DNA of 25,078 nucleotides from IMG/VR virus record IMGVR_UViG_2671180547_000002. One strand, given 5' to 3'. Both the position numbers and the translations under genes were made by a program. Below are positions 1-9,794 of the stretch, piece by piece. Under the pieces are notes generated by a model, which did not search any database, was not told the DNA's origin, and saw only the letters and a program-made list of their open reading frames with translations. Numbering within the stretch: the stretch's first letter is position 1; every line of letters starts with the position of its first letter. This DNA is from a virus (Duplodnaviria > Heunggongvirae > Uroviricota > Caudoviricetes).

Positions 1-83
1 AGGGACAGCTGATAGAAACAGAAGCCACTGGAGCACCTCAAAAACACCATCATACACTAAATCAGTAAGTTGGCAGCATCACC
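1..83 (-). mobile_element. IS1: IS1 terminal fragment: left end with terminal inverted repeat and the start of insA, element continues off the left edge
   Basis: Reverse complement of 1..83 reads GGTGATGCTGCCAACTTACTGAT...CCAGTGGCTTCTGTTTCTATCAGCTGTCCCT, which I recall as the IS1 left end (also present in Tn9-derived vectors); the inverted repeat is at 61..83 and the insA start (GTG, translating ASVSISCP) at about 26..28 on the minus strand. Confidence 0.75.
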
Positions 84-402
84 AGCCTTCTTGAGGCTAC
101 CACCTGTTTTCAGGTGTCATTCAGACGTGATTTGCCCCAGATTGGGAAAGCACGCTTTTTTCTCAGCTATCGTCCTCTTATTTTGCCGTTACATTTCTTT
201 TTGCATTCTAATGATTAATTTACAATAATAATATCGGTAATTATTGAGTAATAATAAATTAATTATTGCAAATGTAATTTAATTCCATCTTCGCGTTATA
301 TTCCAATCTTTAATCTCCGCATGGAACAAGTTGCATGCGTGACTATATTAAGACGACTTATAACCACCAAAACATTTGCTTTGCAAGCAAAAACAGTGAC
401 CA

Positions 403-431
403 TTGACTCTAAGAAAATTCCGATCTATTGT
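403..431 (+). promoter_or_regulatory. Candidate sigma70 promoter in the AT-rich island
   Basis: TTGACT at 403..408, a 17-bp spacer, then TATTGT at 426..431; the whole region is AT-rich so chance matches are likely. Confidence 0.25.
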
Positions 432-465
432 TAGGGTCATCAAAGTTACTTAACAGTATTCCGAA

Positions 466-567
466 ATGAAAATACAAAGCAAGCTAATTGTCTTATTAAA
501 CATTATTATTGCATTTATATTATTTGAGCTTTTAGCTCAAAAATTTGGTTTGAGTACATTATTTTAA
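466..567 (+). CDS. Hypothetical small hydrophobic peptide (33 aa)
   Basis: ATG at 466 to TAA at 565..567 encodes MKIQSKLIVLLNIIIAFILFELLAQKFGLSTLF; it sits between the candidate promoter and the terminator at 717..750 but has no clear Shine-Dalgarno. Confidence 0.2.
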   Translation: MKIQSKLIVLLNIIIAFILFELLAQKFGLSTLF

Positions 568-716
568 AGCAAGATAAACAATATCGGGCACTCTAGTTTT
601 TATAATTAACAATTAAACGTCCATAAAATGTTATTTACTTTTCTTCGCTATTGTCATATCTTAATATAGTGGCTTACGCCACTCTACTTTCATCACATTT
701 TGTACGTTTATGTACT

Positions 717-750
717 CGCCATGAAGCTCTTTCATGGCGATTTTTTATTC
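717..750 (+). terminator. Rho-independent terminator, plus strand
   Basis: Perfect 9-bp stem CGCCATGAA (717..725) / TTCATGGCG (731..739) with loop GCTCT, followed by ATTTTTTATTC; on the minus strand the hairpin is not followed by a U-tract. Confidence 0.5.
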
Positions 751-832
751 TTAATCCAAGAACATACTCCCTACCTATAGCAAAATCACTTTTTTAACAA
801 AAGAATAACGTATTTAGGTAATCATTACGAAT

Positions 833-1414
833 TTACCCTATAGGTGCTACTGGCCATTCAATATCCGGTGCAGTTGATGTATCAACACGGTTCAGCAACA
901 CCCGATACTTTTTCCAAGCTTCCAGCAACAAGGTTTCTTTCTCCGTTGCGATCTCCAGATCCACAGCATCCTGAAGCGGCGCTATATGCTCACTGGCTAC
1001 CTGCATCAGGCTGTTTTTTGTTTCTTCCGCCTCCCGGATCCGGAACAGTTTTTCTGCTTCCGTATCCTTCACCCAGGCTGTGCCGTTCCACTTCTGAAAC
1101 TCCCCTTCCGGGGATAACCAGGTGACATTTTCCGGTAATGAGCCGAGTTCAGAAATAAATAACGCGTCGCCGGAAGCCACGTCATAAACCGTTTTACCCC
1201 GATGATCTTCAACGAGATGCCACGATGACTCATCACTGTTGAAAACAGCCACGAAACCAGCCGGAATATCTGGCGGTGCAATATCGGTACTGTTTGCAGG
1301 CAGACCTGTATGAGGCGGAATATATGCGTCACCTTCACCAATAAATTCATTAGTTCCGGCCAGCAGGTTATAAATTTTTATGGTCCGTGCTTGTTCACTC
1401 ATTCTGAATGCCAT
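833..1414 (-). CDS. tfa: Tail fiber assembly protein Tfa
   Basis: 193-aa ORF beginning [44 protein letters not shown], near-identical to lambda Tfa; its ATG shares one base with the stf stop (TAATG). Confidence 0.93.
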   Translation of the reverse strand: MAFRMSEQARTIKIYNLLAGTNEFIGEGDAYIPPHTGLPANSTDIAPPDIPAGFVAVFNSDESSWHLVEDHRGKTVYDVASGDALFISELGSLPENVTWLSPEGEFQKWNGTAWVKDTEAEKLFRIREAEETKNSLMQVASEHIAPLQDAVDLEIATEKETLLLEAWKKYRVLLNRVDTSTAPDIEWPVAPIG

Positions 1415-4400
1415 TATGCGAGCCTCACAATATAGTTAAATGCGATGTTTTTGACGGTGTTTTCCGCGTTACCAGCAGCGTTAACGGTGATGGTGTGTCC
1501 ATGTGAACCAATCGCAACAGAGTGCGTATGAGCACCAATACCGACAGTATGCGCGTGTGCACCCGCAGATGCTGCTGTGCCGGACAGTGAGTGTGTATGG
1601 TTTCCTTCTGAAGATGATTTACCTACCCATTGGGAGGTGCCACTGGTTAATGAGCCACTGATACCAACCTGATTAGTCCCGCTAACTTGAGTACTCCCTG
1701 CCGGAAACATTCCAGTAGGTTGACTCCCGCTATTCGTTCTGGGCCCAGTCTGACTATGTTGGTGGGCCCCAGCTGAACTTGTAGAGCCGCTCAGACTGTG
1801 CGTATGCGCCCCGGTGTTATTCGTGGATTTAGTGCCGTAATCAAACGACGATGTGGTTTTCGTCCCCAAATCCGTACTGGATGCGCTGGCGCTGTGGGTG
1901 TGCGATTTAATGCCATCCTGTTCCTGAGACAATACGGCACGACCACTGGCGGGCTTGCCCTTAATCGTCCAGCCACGCATATCAGGGATCACGCCTGACG
2001 GATAAGCGGCTGCAAGTTTCGGGTAAGCAGATTTGTCAAAAGTCTGCCCCTGCATCAGGGCATAACCAGACGGAACGGTATCTGATGGCCACGGGATTGG
2101 TGCACCGACTGGATAAAACTCTGCAGGAGGATGAGCCGAGGTGTAAAGCTGCGCCCACGGCGACCAGTTTGCGTCGGTCGTATCCCGTCGTGAACGAATA
2201 AATGCCGGAGCATGAGCACCGCTTGTACCACTCCAGCCGATGAGTAACTCACCTTCGCCAACGGCTGTCATCCCTTTCAGGTGAATGATATTTCCATACG
2301 CTGTTGGATATCCGTTGTTATACACCTCGTATAACTCAAGACCTGCTGCCCCCTGCGTATTGTCTGTCAGCGCGGCTACCCGACCTTTTGAAGCCAGATT
2401 AACTGATGATACTGCTGTTCCACCTGACGGTAGCGCCCCGATCTCTGATGCCGTTGGCTTATTTCTGGAGTTATAGTCCCTTCGCCAGCCAGGTGAATAA
2501 TCTGTTCCGTGATTAATATAGGTAAACTGGGCGTTGGTTGTTCCGCCACCGCTGGATGTGGTCGGAGTGGTAATGCGGATCGTCATCGCTGACTTTATCC
2601 CCATTACTTCAATGACAGCTCCGGCGAGATGAATATTACCGCAGCCAGTATCAGTAATGATTTTATTATTGCCATAAGACCAGGAACCCTTGCACATCCA
2701 GTATGGATGGTTAAATGCTCCCTGAGAATCCAGCCACTCGATAAACTGTGCAGTCGTCCAGTTTCCTGTTGTTGTGCTTACTGACCCACCGAAGGCACGG
2801 CAGGCACCAATATTTTTCGTAAAGGTGTCTTTGCCAGGGATATCCGCACCGTTCTGATCTTTCTGCAGACGTTTCTCAGCATTGTCATTGGCTGCTTTTA
2901 CTGCCTTTGGCGTTGCCGCCAGCGTTTCAGACGTGCTGTTGGTCGCGCTGCTTAGCTGGATTATCCCTTTCTGTGCTGTCGTTGCATCCTGTGCGGTGTA
3001 TTTCCCGTTAGCCAGGTCATACGCGGCCTTAACGGCTTTTGGTGTTGCCGCCAGTGACTCGGAAGTGCTGTTAGTCGCACTACTGAGCTGTACTATCCCC
3101 TTTTTCGTCGTGCTCGCATCCTCAAGCGCCACGGCGGATGCAATATCCTCTGCCCGTTTTGCCGCTGTCTCAGCGCGCGTTGCTGCAGATTCCGCCGTAC
3201 TTTTGCTCTGAGCTGCTGCCGTCGCACTACCAGCAGCCTCTGTCGCCTTCGTGGATGCCGTCGTGGCGCTGCCCTTCGCTGCTGACGCCTGTCTGGTCGC
3301 CTCATCTTTTGAAGCAGACGCCGATGATGCCGATGACGCCGCCGAACTGGCGGACGATGCGGCAGCCGTTTTTGAGGATTCTGCACGGGTTTCCGACGCT
3401 TTCGCGTTCGTTTCGGATGTCTTCGCTGCGGAAGCTGACCTCGCTGCTGCCGTGGCCTGCTCAGTGGCTTCGCCAGCCTTCGTTGTGGCTGTTGAAGCGG
3501 ATGATGCGGCGCTTTCTGCCGATTTTCCGGCGGCGGTGGCACTGGCTGAGGCCTGCCCGGCACTTGTTGACGCGGCGCTGGCAGACGACGCAGCCGCTGT
3601 TTTTGAGCCTGCCGCAGCTGAGGCACTCTGTCCCGCTGCCGTTTCAGAAGACCTGGCGTTCGTCTCGGACGTTTTGGCCGCCTTCGCAGAATTTGCAGCC
3701 GCCGTCGCCGAGGAAGCTGCGCTACTGGCGCTTGATGATGCGTTCGTTTCTGATGATTTTGCCGCCTCTTTTGAAGCCGACGCATCCCGGGCTGAGGTGG
3801 CAGCTTCTGACGCTTTCGTGGTCGCGGTGGATGCAGAAGTGGCTGCTGATTGTTGTGACGCTGCCGCATTCGTTTCTAACGTTTTCGCCGCACCGGCACT
3901 GGTAGCCGCCGCGCTTTTTGAGGACTCTGCAGCGGCAGCACTTTTTGAGGCTTCAGTGGCCTTTGTTGATGCCGTTCCTGCGCTGGAAGACGCTGACTGA
4001 GCCGACGAAGCGGCCTGTCCGGCTGACGTGCTGGCTGCACGTGCTGAATCTGCAGCATCAGTCGCATGGGTTGCCGCCTCACGGGCTGATGTGCTGGCAT
4101 CGCTGGCTGATTTCTTCGCGGCTGCCGTGTTCTGTGCCACCGCGGACGCGTTACGCGCCACCTCTTCCACCATCAGCTCAAAACGGCGCAGTGCCTCCGG
4201 ACGGGCATCATCCTCCGTCATGGCACCGAGAAAATCATTCAGCGTACCGGGTCGGGAATCTTCATACACGGTGATGGTCCCGGCATGTGACGGCGGGAAT
4301 CCTTCCACCAACAGAATAACGCTGTACTGACCGTACTCAACGTCCATGCTGTAACGCCCGGCTTCATCCGGATTTTCTGAGGCCAGCGTGTTCACCACCA

Positions 4401-4497
4401 CCGTGGTGCTGTTACGTTTTGCTTTCAGCTGGATTGTGCAGTTCTGTACCGGTTTTCCTGTGCCGTCTTTCAGTACACCTGAAATCTTTACTGCCAT
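1414..4497 (-). CDS. stf: Side tail fiber protein Stf, long mosaic form (1027 aa)
   Basis: N-terminus [26 protein letters not shown] matches lambda Stf; a long Ala/Ser/Thr-rich low-complexity centre follows, then a C-terminus with repeated His motifs (GAHTHS, GAHQHS, GAHAHT, GSHGHT) ending [18 protein letters not shown]. The ATG at 4495..4497 follows GGGGTG; the track's GTG at 4503 is probably not the start. Confidence 0.9.
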   Translation of the reverse strand: MAVKISGVLKDGTGKPVQNCTIQLKAKRNSTTVVVNTLASENPDEAGRYSMDVEYGQYSVILLVEGFPPSHAGTITVYEDSRPGTLNDFLGAMTEDDARPEALRRFELMVEEVARNASAVAQNTAAAKKSASDASTSAREAATHATDAADSARAASTSAGQAASSAQSASSSAGTASTKATEASKSAAAAESSKSAAATSAGAAKTLETNAAASQQSAATSASTATTKASEAATSARDASASKEAAKSSETNASSSASSAASSATAAANSAKAAKTSETNARSSETAAGQSASAAAGSKTAAASSASAASTSAGQASASATAAGKSAESAASSASTATTKAGEATEQATAAARSASAAKTSETNAKASETRAESSKTAAASSASSAASSASSASASKDEATRQASAAKGSATTASTKATEAAGSATAAAQSKSTAESAATRAETAAKRAEDIASAVALEDASTTKKGIVQLSSATNSTSESLAATPKAVKAAYDLANGKYTAQDATTAQKGIIQLSSATNSTSETLAATPKAVKAANDNAEKRLQKDQNGADIPGKDTFTKNIGACRAFGGSVSTTTGNWTTAQFIEWLDSQGAFNHPYWMCKGSWSYGNNKIITDTGCGNIHLAGAVIEVMGIKSAMTIRITTPTTSSGGGTTNAQFTYINHGTDYSPGWRRDYNSRNKPTASEIGALPSGGTAVSSVNLASKGRVAALTDNTQGAAGLELYEVYNNGYPTAYGNIIHLKGMTAVGEGELLIGWSGTSGAHAPAFIRSRRDTTDANWSPWAQLYTSAHPPAEFYPVGAPIPWPSDTVPSGYALMQGQTFDKSAYPKLAAAYPSGVIPDMRGWTIKGKPASGRAVLSQEQDGIKSHTHSASASSTDLGTKTTSSFDYGTKSTNNTGAHTHSLSGSTSSAGAHQHSQTGPRTNSGSQPTGMFPAGSTQVSGTNQVGISGSLTSGTSQWVGKSSSEGNHTHSLSGTAASAGAHAHTVGIGAHTHSVAIGSHGHTITVNAAGNAENTVKNIAFNYIVRLA
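2890..3135 (-). repeat. Imperfect tandem duplication (about 120-bp unit) inside stf
   Basis: Two adjacent DNA units encode [27 protein letters not shown] and [27 protein letters not shown]; lambda Stf as I recall it has one copy. Confidence 0.7.
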
Positions 4498-4506
4498 ATT
4501 CACCCC

Positions 4507-4536
4507 ACAAAAAAGCCCGCCTGAACCGGCGGGCTG
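4507..4536 (-). terminator. Rho-independent terminator between lom and stf
   Basis: On the minus strand GCCCGCC-GGTTCA-GGCGGGC (stems at 4515..4521 and 4528..4534) is followed by TTTTTTGTGG, directly upstream of the stf ATG. Confidence 0.6.
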
Positions 4537-4561
4537 TCATAACACTGTGTTACCTGGCTAA

Positions 4562-4656
4562 TCAGAATTTATAACCGACACCCACGATGAAACCGTCAGT
4601 GCGCCAGAGACGTGTTGCTGTGGCGACCGTCATCACTTCCGGTCAGCACATCGTGC
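4562..4656 (-). pseudogene. lom: lom 3' remnant (Ail/Lom/PagC outer-membrane protein family), frameshifted and truncated by a gap
   Basis: Minus-strand translation ends WRTDGFIVGVGYKF-stop, the lambda Lom C-terminus; just upstream, HDVLTGSDDGRHSNTSLA matches lambda Lom in a different frame, implying loss of about 26 codons plus a frameshift. The rest of the gene falls in the N-run 4657..4707. Confidence 0.7.
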
Positions 4657-4707
4657 NNNNNNNNNNNNNNNNNNNNNNNNNNNNNNNNNNNNNNNNNNNN
4701 NNNNNNN
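4657..4707. other. Assembly gap (N-run) within the lom region
   Basis: 51 Ns; at least about 400 nt of lom N-terminal coding sequence would have to lie here, so the true length is unknown. Confidence 0.9.
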
Positions 4708-4728
4708 TTTATTGGGGTTATAAATATT

Positions 4729-7700
4729 TCAACGAATACTGATGCCGGAAGCCGCTTTTTTGGTCACAATCACCGTACAGTCGGTGATATTGCCTGCCCC
4801 CTGATTGCCTTTCTGGAAAATCTTAAACTCCAGAGTGACGCTACCACCACCACTAGGCATATCAATAACTGCACTGTAACTACCGGGAATGGCACCTTTA
4901 GTTTCTCTGGATGCGATTAATACGCCGTTTTTGCGAACTTCAAAACCATAACCCGTGTATCGCGTGCCTCCTGGGTTATTTCCGCTCCCCGGATCGTCAT
5001 ACGCTATACCGTTAAAAATAATGGGCGGAATAATAATCTGGCGGTCAAAGTTATGATCATCGCTTATGGTGACTGTAACCGTCCCGTTTGGTGTTTCCGT
5101 GTTACCCCACGTACCAGCCTGTTTCGGAAATGATTTGGATACAGCTTTAACGAAGTCACCTCTGACCTGAGTCGCCTCCAGCATGCCCTTAATCGTACAG
5201 TTTTCATTTACCGTGACATTGTTGAGCGTCCCGGCGTTCGCATTCACACTGCCACTGATATCCGCATTTTTAGCGGTCAGCTTTCCGTCCGGAGTCAGGG
5301 AAAATGCCGATGGATTTCCACCGCTGGTAATGGTGGGGGCCGTCAGGCGTTTCAGGAACACGTCGTTCATGAATATCTGATCGCCCTGACCAACAAACAT
5401 CGGTTTTGTGTTGCCATTCGCAGGATTAACCATCGCAATCCTGTCCGCCGCCAGCAGCACCTGACTCTGCATGCCGTCAGGGGTGTTCTCAATACCGGCA
5501 CCAATACCCGCGATATAAAGGCGTCCGTCCTGCATCTGCTGCAGCTTCACAGCCCACATGCTGTTCAGGTTATTATTTGTATCAACCTGAACCTTCTGTA
5601 TCTGCTGAATTGCCGCACTCTGGTCTTCCAGTTTCTTATTGACGGTCTGCGTGATTTCATTGCTGACATCCGTAATGGACGTCCTGATTTCAGCCAGGTC
5701 AGGCGCAAGCTGACCGTTATCAATCTGCGTCCACAGCTCCTGAGCCAGATGGGTTTTCCCTATCTCGCCTTTGAAAAAATCCAGATAACCGGATGCATCA
5801 TCACTCGGCTGACCAACAGCCTCCACGAATGCCGATTTGCCAACGGTGTTCACACTGCGGATATAAAAGTAATAATCATGGCCCGGTTTGATATTGATAC
5901 TGGCGGCTATCCAGTACAGCGCCGTGCCAAGATAGCGTGCTGTGGTTTCAACCTGCCTGATATCCGCAATCCGCTTTTCCGAGAACCAGAACTCAAACTG
6001 TACCGTCGGATCATAAACCGCAAGATGCGGCGTGGCGGTTATCTGAAAATAGCCCGGCGTCAGCTCAATCCGCGACAGCGCTGCCGGTGCGGCAATCCGG
6101 AACGATACCGACGCCGGATCGCCCTGCTGCCCCCACGCATTTACTGCCCGGACTGTCAGCCTGTAGTTCCCCAGCGCCAGTTGTGTGAAGCGGTAAGTGG
6201 TTTCCGTCGTCCGGGCCGTGCTGACCAGCCGCTCACTGCCGTCATCCGCTGCCACGGTCAGGCGAAGCATAAAGCTCACCCCCTTCACCACCTTCGGCGT
6301 GTCCCAGCGCGCCAGCACCTGANNNNNNNNNNNNNNNNNNNNNNNNNNNNNNNNNNNNNNNNNNNNNNNNNNNNNNNNNNNNNNNNNNNNNNNNNNNNNN
6401 NNNNNNNNNNNNNNNNNNNNNNNNNNNNNNNNNNNNNNNNNNNNNNNNNNNNNNNNNNNNNNNNNNNNNNNNNNNNNNNNNNNNNNNNNNNNNNNNNNNN
6501 NNNNNNNNNNNNNNNNNNNNNNNNNNNNNNNNNNNNNNNNNNNTCAGGTGCTGCACCGCTGGCGGCGTGACACCATTCACCGTGCCGCTCTGGTCGCCGT
6601 CAAAGTGCGCCCCGTTATCCACGATGGCTTCTTTTTCCGGCACATGCTGCACGGCGGTGATGGCATACGTGCCGTCGTCGTTCTCACGGATACTCACGCA
6701 GCGGAACAGGCGCTGGCGCAACGTCGGCAGCTTCAGCCCCCACACGCTGTATTCAGCAACACCGTCAGGAACACGGCTCACTTTTACCTTCACGCCGTCG
6801 GTGACGGACTGGACCTCCACGCTGACCGGATTCCCCTGCCCGTCAACCAGGCTTATCAGCGTGGTGCCGGAGGATGGCAGCGTGATTTCACGGTCGAGCG
6901 TCAGCGTCCGGGTCTGGCTGTTCACCGCCAGCACGCGCCCGCCGGTGCGGATACCGGCATAGTCATCATCGCAGATTTCAATGACATCGCCCGGTACATG
7001 ACGAAGCCCTTCAGCACCCACGCTGAAATCCACGGTCTGCGTCTCCAGCAGTTCCGTTTTAATCAGCCACAGCCCGGCGCGGTGTGCCTGCCCCCGGCTG
7101 GTACAGCCAAAGGCATCCATCTTCGTGACGTTACGACCGTAACGGACAATGGCCTGCGTATCCTCCACAAGCTCTGTCGCCGTCTCCCAGCCGTTATCCG
7201 GGTCAATCCAGTTCACCTCAACGGCATTATGGCGGTCTTTCAGGGCGCTGAAACTGTAGCGGAACGGCGCGCCATCATCCGGCATCACCACATTACTGCG
7301 GTTATAGGCCCACACCTTATCCGACTGTCGGTCCTGCACGAACGTCAGCGTCTGCCCGTTCCATACCGGCATACAGCGCATCGCCGAGCAGAAATCACTG
7401 AGCACATCCCACGCCTTGCGCTGTGTGGTCAGCCAGGCATTACAGGTGATGCGCGGCTCCGTGCTGCCAAAGCCGTCCGGCACCGACTGGTCACAGTACT
7501 GGCCGATGACATACAGCGCCCATTTATCCACATCTGCCGCACCAAGACGTTTCCCCATGCCATAGCGCGGATGGGTCAGCATATCCCACAGACACCAGGC
7601 CATGTTGTTGCTGTATGCCGGTTTTAACGTTCCGTCCCAGATACCGCTGTATTGCCGCGTCTGCGGATTATAGTTCGACGGCACCTGCAGAATGCGCCCG

Positions 7701-8416
7701 CGAAGATGATAATTACGGCTCACCTGCTGGCTGCCGAACTGCTCCGAATCCACCTGTACGCCGACCAGTGCCGTGTTCGGGTAGCACTGTTTCACATCGA
7801 TGATTTCGGTGTATGACGACCAGAGCGTTTTGTTCTGCAGCTGGTCTGTGGTGCTGTCCGGCGTCATTCTGCGCATCCGGATATTAAACGGGCGCGGCGG
7901 CAGGTTATCCACCACCACCGAGGCCAGATACTGCGAGGTGGTTTTGCCCTTAATGGTGATGTCTTTTTCCGTCACCCAGCCACCGTTACGCTGTATCTGA
8001 ACCAGCAGGCGAACTTCAGACGGATTCCTGTCTCCCTTTGAGGTGGTTTCCACCAGTGCCTGTACACCGAAGGTAAAACGCAGTCGGTCAATGTTTGCCG
8101 ACGTGATGGTCCGGGTGATCGGCGTGTCATATTTCACTTCCGTACCCAGCACCGTCTCGGAGCCGGAGGATTCAAATCCCTCCGGCGGTGACTGCTCCTG
8201 CTCACCTGCCCGGAACACCACCGTGACGCCGGAGATGTTGGTATTCCCCTCACTGTCCAGCACCGGCGTACTGTTCAGCAGCACGCTTTTTAATCCATCC
8301 ACCGGACCTTCAACCGGCCCTTCGCTGATGGCATCGATCACACTCAGCAGCTGCGTGGACTTCAGGTTGTCCTTCGCTTCGCGCGGGGTATGCCCCTTAC
8401 TGCTGCCTTTACCCAT
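4729..8416 (-). CDS. J: Tail tip / host specificity protein J, interrupted by an assembly gap; C-terminal domain not lambda-like
   Basis: N-terminal segment (6544..8416) begins [34 protein letters not shown] and matches lambda J; the segment 4729..6318 matches the J fibronectin-like region ([15 protein letters not shown]...), then diverges and ends [10 protein letters not shown]. The two segments are in different frames across the N-run. Confidence 0.9.
6323..6543. other. Assembly gap (N-run) inside J
   Basis: 221 Ns; the flanking J segments are in different frames and lambda has only about 13 codons between the flanking motifs, so the run length is arbitrary. Confidence 0.9.
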
Positions 8417-8476
8417 TCGTCATGCTCCATAAACGATAAAACCGCCCGGAGGCGATTTCACATAAAACATTTTGCA

Positions 8477-9148
8477 TCAGCGACCAATCACCACAACCTG
8501 ACCACCGTCCCCTTCGTCTGCCGTGCTGATCTCCTGAGATACCACACGTGACCCCACGCGCATTTCACCATACAGAACAGGCATAACATTGCCCTGGGCA
8601 ACCATGTTATCCAGTGAGGAGAAATAGGTGTTCTGCTTACCGTTATCCGTTGTCTGTGTGCGGGGAGTTCTGGCTTTCGGTGCCAGCATCTGAGCCACAC
8701 CGCCGAGCACCATACTGGCACCGAGAGAAAACAGAATGCCGGTCATACCACCGGCACCAATGGCAGCCCCCCATGCTGCAAGGGTGGCTCCGGCGGTAAA
8801 GAATGATCCGGCAATGGCGGCTGCTCCCAGGACAATCTGGAATACACCACCTGACTTGGCCCCGGCGACTCTGGGAACAATATGAATCACAGCGCCGTCA
8901 GGCAGAGCCTCATGTAACTGTGCCGTTAATCCGGACGTGCTAACATCCTGCCCGGCAATACGCACCTGATACCAGCCGTCGCTCAGCTTCTGACGAAACG
9001 CAGGGAGCTGTGTGGCCATCGCCCGGATGGCTTCGGCACCCGTTTTCACACGAAGGTCGATGCGGCGGCCAAATCGTTGCAAATCCCCGTAAAGGCAGAT
9101 GCGTGCCATGCCCGGTGACGCCAGAGGGAGTGTGTGCGTCGCTGCCAT
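8477..9148 (-). CDS. I: Tail tip assembly protein I
   Basis: 223-aa ORF MAATHTLPLASPGMARICLYGDLQRFGRRIDLRV, matching lambda gpI in sequence and length; overlaps the 3' end of K by 103 nt as in lambda. Confidence 0.93.
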   Translation of the reverse strand: MAATHTLPLASPGMARICLYGDLQRFGRRIDLRVKTGAEAIRAMATQLPAFRQKLSDGWYQVRIAGQDVSTSGLTAQLHEALPDGAVIHIVPRVAGAKSGGVFQIVLGAAAIAGSFFTAGATLAAWGAAIGAGGMTGILFSLGASMVLGGVAQMLAPKARTPRTQTTDNGKQNTYFSSLDNMVAQGNVMPVLYGEMRVGSRVVSQEISTADEGDGGQVVVIGR

Positions 9149-9789
9149 TTGTCGGTATACCTCTCTCGTTTGCTCAGTTGTTCAGGAATATGGTGCAGCA
9201 GCTCGCCGTCACCACAGTAAATGGCGGCATGATTCGGCACCGATGAACCAAAACAGCACAGCAGCACATCGCCCGGCTGCGCCGCTGACAACGGCACCTG
9301 ATACAGCCCTGTGGCCTCCAGATTATCCAGATAGAGATTCTGACCGTGACGCCACCAGTCATCCTCACGATGAAAATCCGGCATCTCAATCCCCGCCAGA
9401 TGGTAAGCATCCCGGAACAGCGTGTAACAGTCCGTCACCCCGTGCTCAAAGCGCCGCCCGGTAAGATGTGGCACACAGCGGAACTTGTGAATCGCCCCCC
9501 GGCAGACCAGCCACCACGGCAAATCACTCTGCACCTGCAGCCGCCGGTCGGCCTCACTCAGCCAGGGCAGACCACCGGGGTGGCTGTGGACCAGTGCCAC
9601 AATCTCACCCTGCATCTCTGCCTGCAGCCAGTCTTCCGGCGACATACGGAAATACGCCTCCGGCTCACCGGAGATATTCACGCAGGGGAAATATCTTTCC
9701 CCCTCCGGCGTTCTTACCACGAAGCCGCACGACTCCGCTGGAGCACATCGCCGGGCGTGCGCCAGAATCGCTGATTCTGTCTCTGTCAT
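9046..9789 (-). CDS. K: Tail tip assembly protein K (JAMM/MPN plus NlpC/P60-like domains)
   Basis: 247-aa ORF with an HSHPGG...SEAD metalloprotease-like motif and a downstream Cys/His region; the first ATG is 5 nt after the L stop. The lambda annotation I recall (199 aa) would start at the internal Met at 9645. Confidence 0.88.
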   Translation of the reverse strand: MTETESAILAHARRCAPAESCGFVVRTPEGERYFPCVNISGEPEAYFRMSPEDWLQAEMQGEIVALVHSHPGGLPWLSEADRRLQVQSDLPWWLVCRGAIHKFRCVPHLTGRRFEHGVTDCYTLFRDAYHLAGIEMPDFHREDDWWRHGQNLYLDNLEATGLYQVPLSAAQPGDVLLCCFGSSVPNHAAIYCGDGELLHHIPEQLSKRERYTDKWQRRTHSLWRHRAWHASAFTGICNDLAAASTFV

Positions 9790-9794
9790 GGGAT

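Noticed and set aside
180-832. AT-rich island as a possible CRISPR leader/array, tRNA gene or att site
   Set aside because: No regularly spaced direct repeats, no tRNA-like cloverleaf stems, and no duplicated core sequence visible within the window.
1600-3900. Possibility that the Ala/Ser-rich repeats and His-rich motifs mark a novel collagen-like or metal-binding system
   Set aside because: The same architecture (low-complexity A/S region, HxH repeats near the C-terminus) is the standard lambda-type side tail fibre; there are no Gly-X-Y triplets.
2882-4330. Multiple long ORFs on both strands (for example 3093..3869, 3138..3905, 3251..4000, 4028..4330) overlapping the centre of stf
   Set aside because: They fall in the GC-rich Ala/Ser-rich repetitive part of stf where stop codons are rare in every frame. 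Their translations are low-complexity (Arg/Pro/Gln-rich or Ala/Asp-rich), and the stf frame is the one with lambda homology.
4612-6570. Plus-strand ORFs 4612..4920 and 5749..6570 and the extended minus ORF 6242..8416, all containing runs of X
   Set aside because: They are open only because they read through the N-runs; the real features are lom and J on the minus strand.
6548-7627. 359-aa plus-strand ORF antisense to J
   Set aside because: Entirely inside the lambda-homologous J coding sequence on the opposite strand, with an Arg/His/Ala-rich composition typical of antisense read-through in GC-rich DNA.
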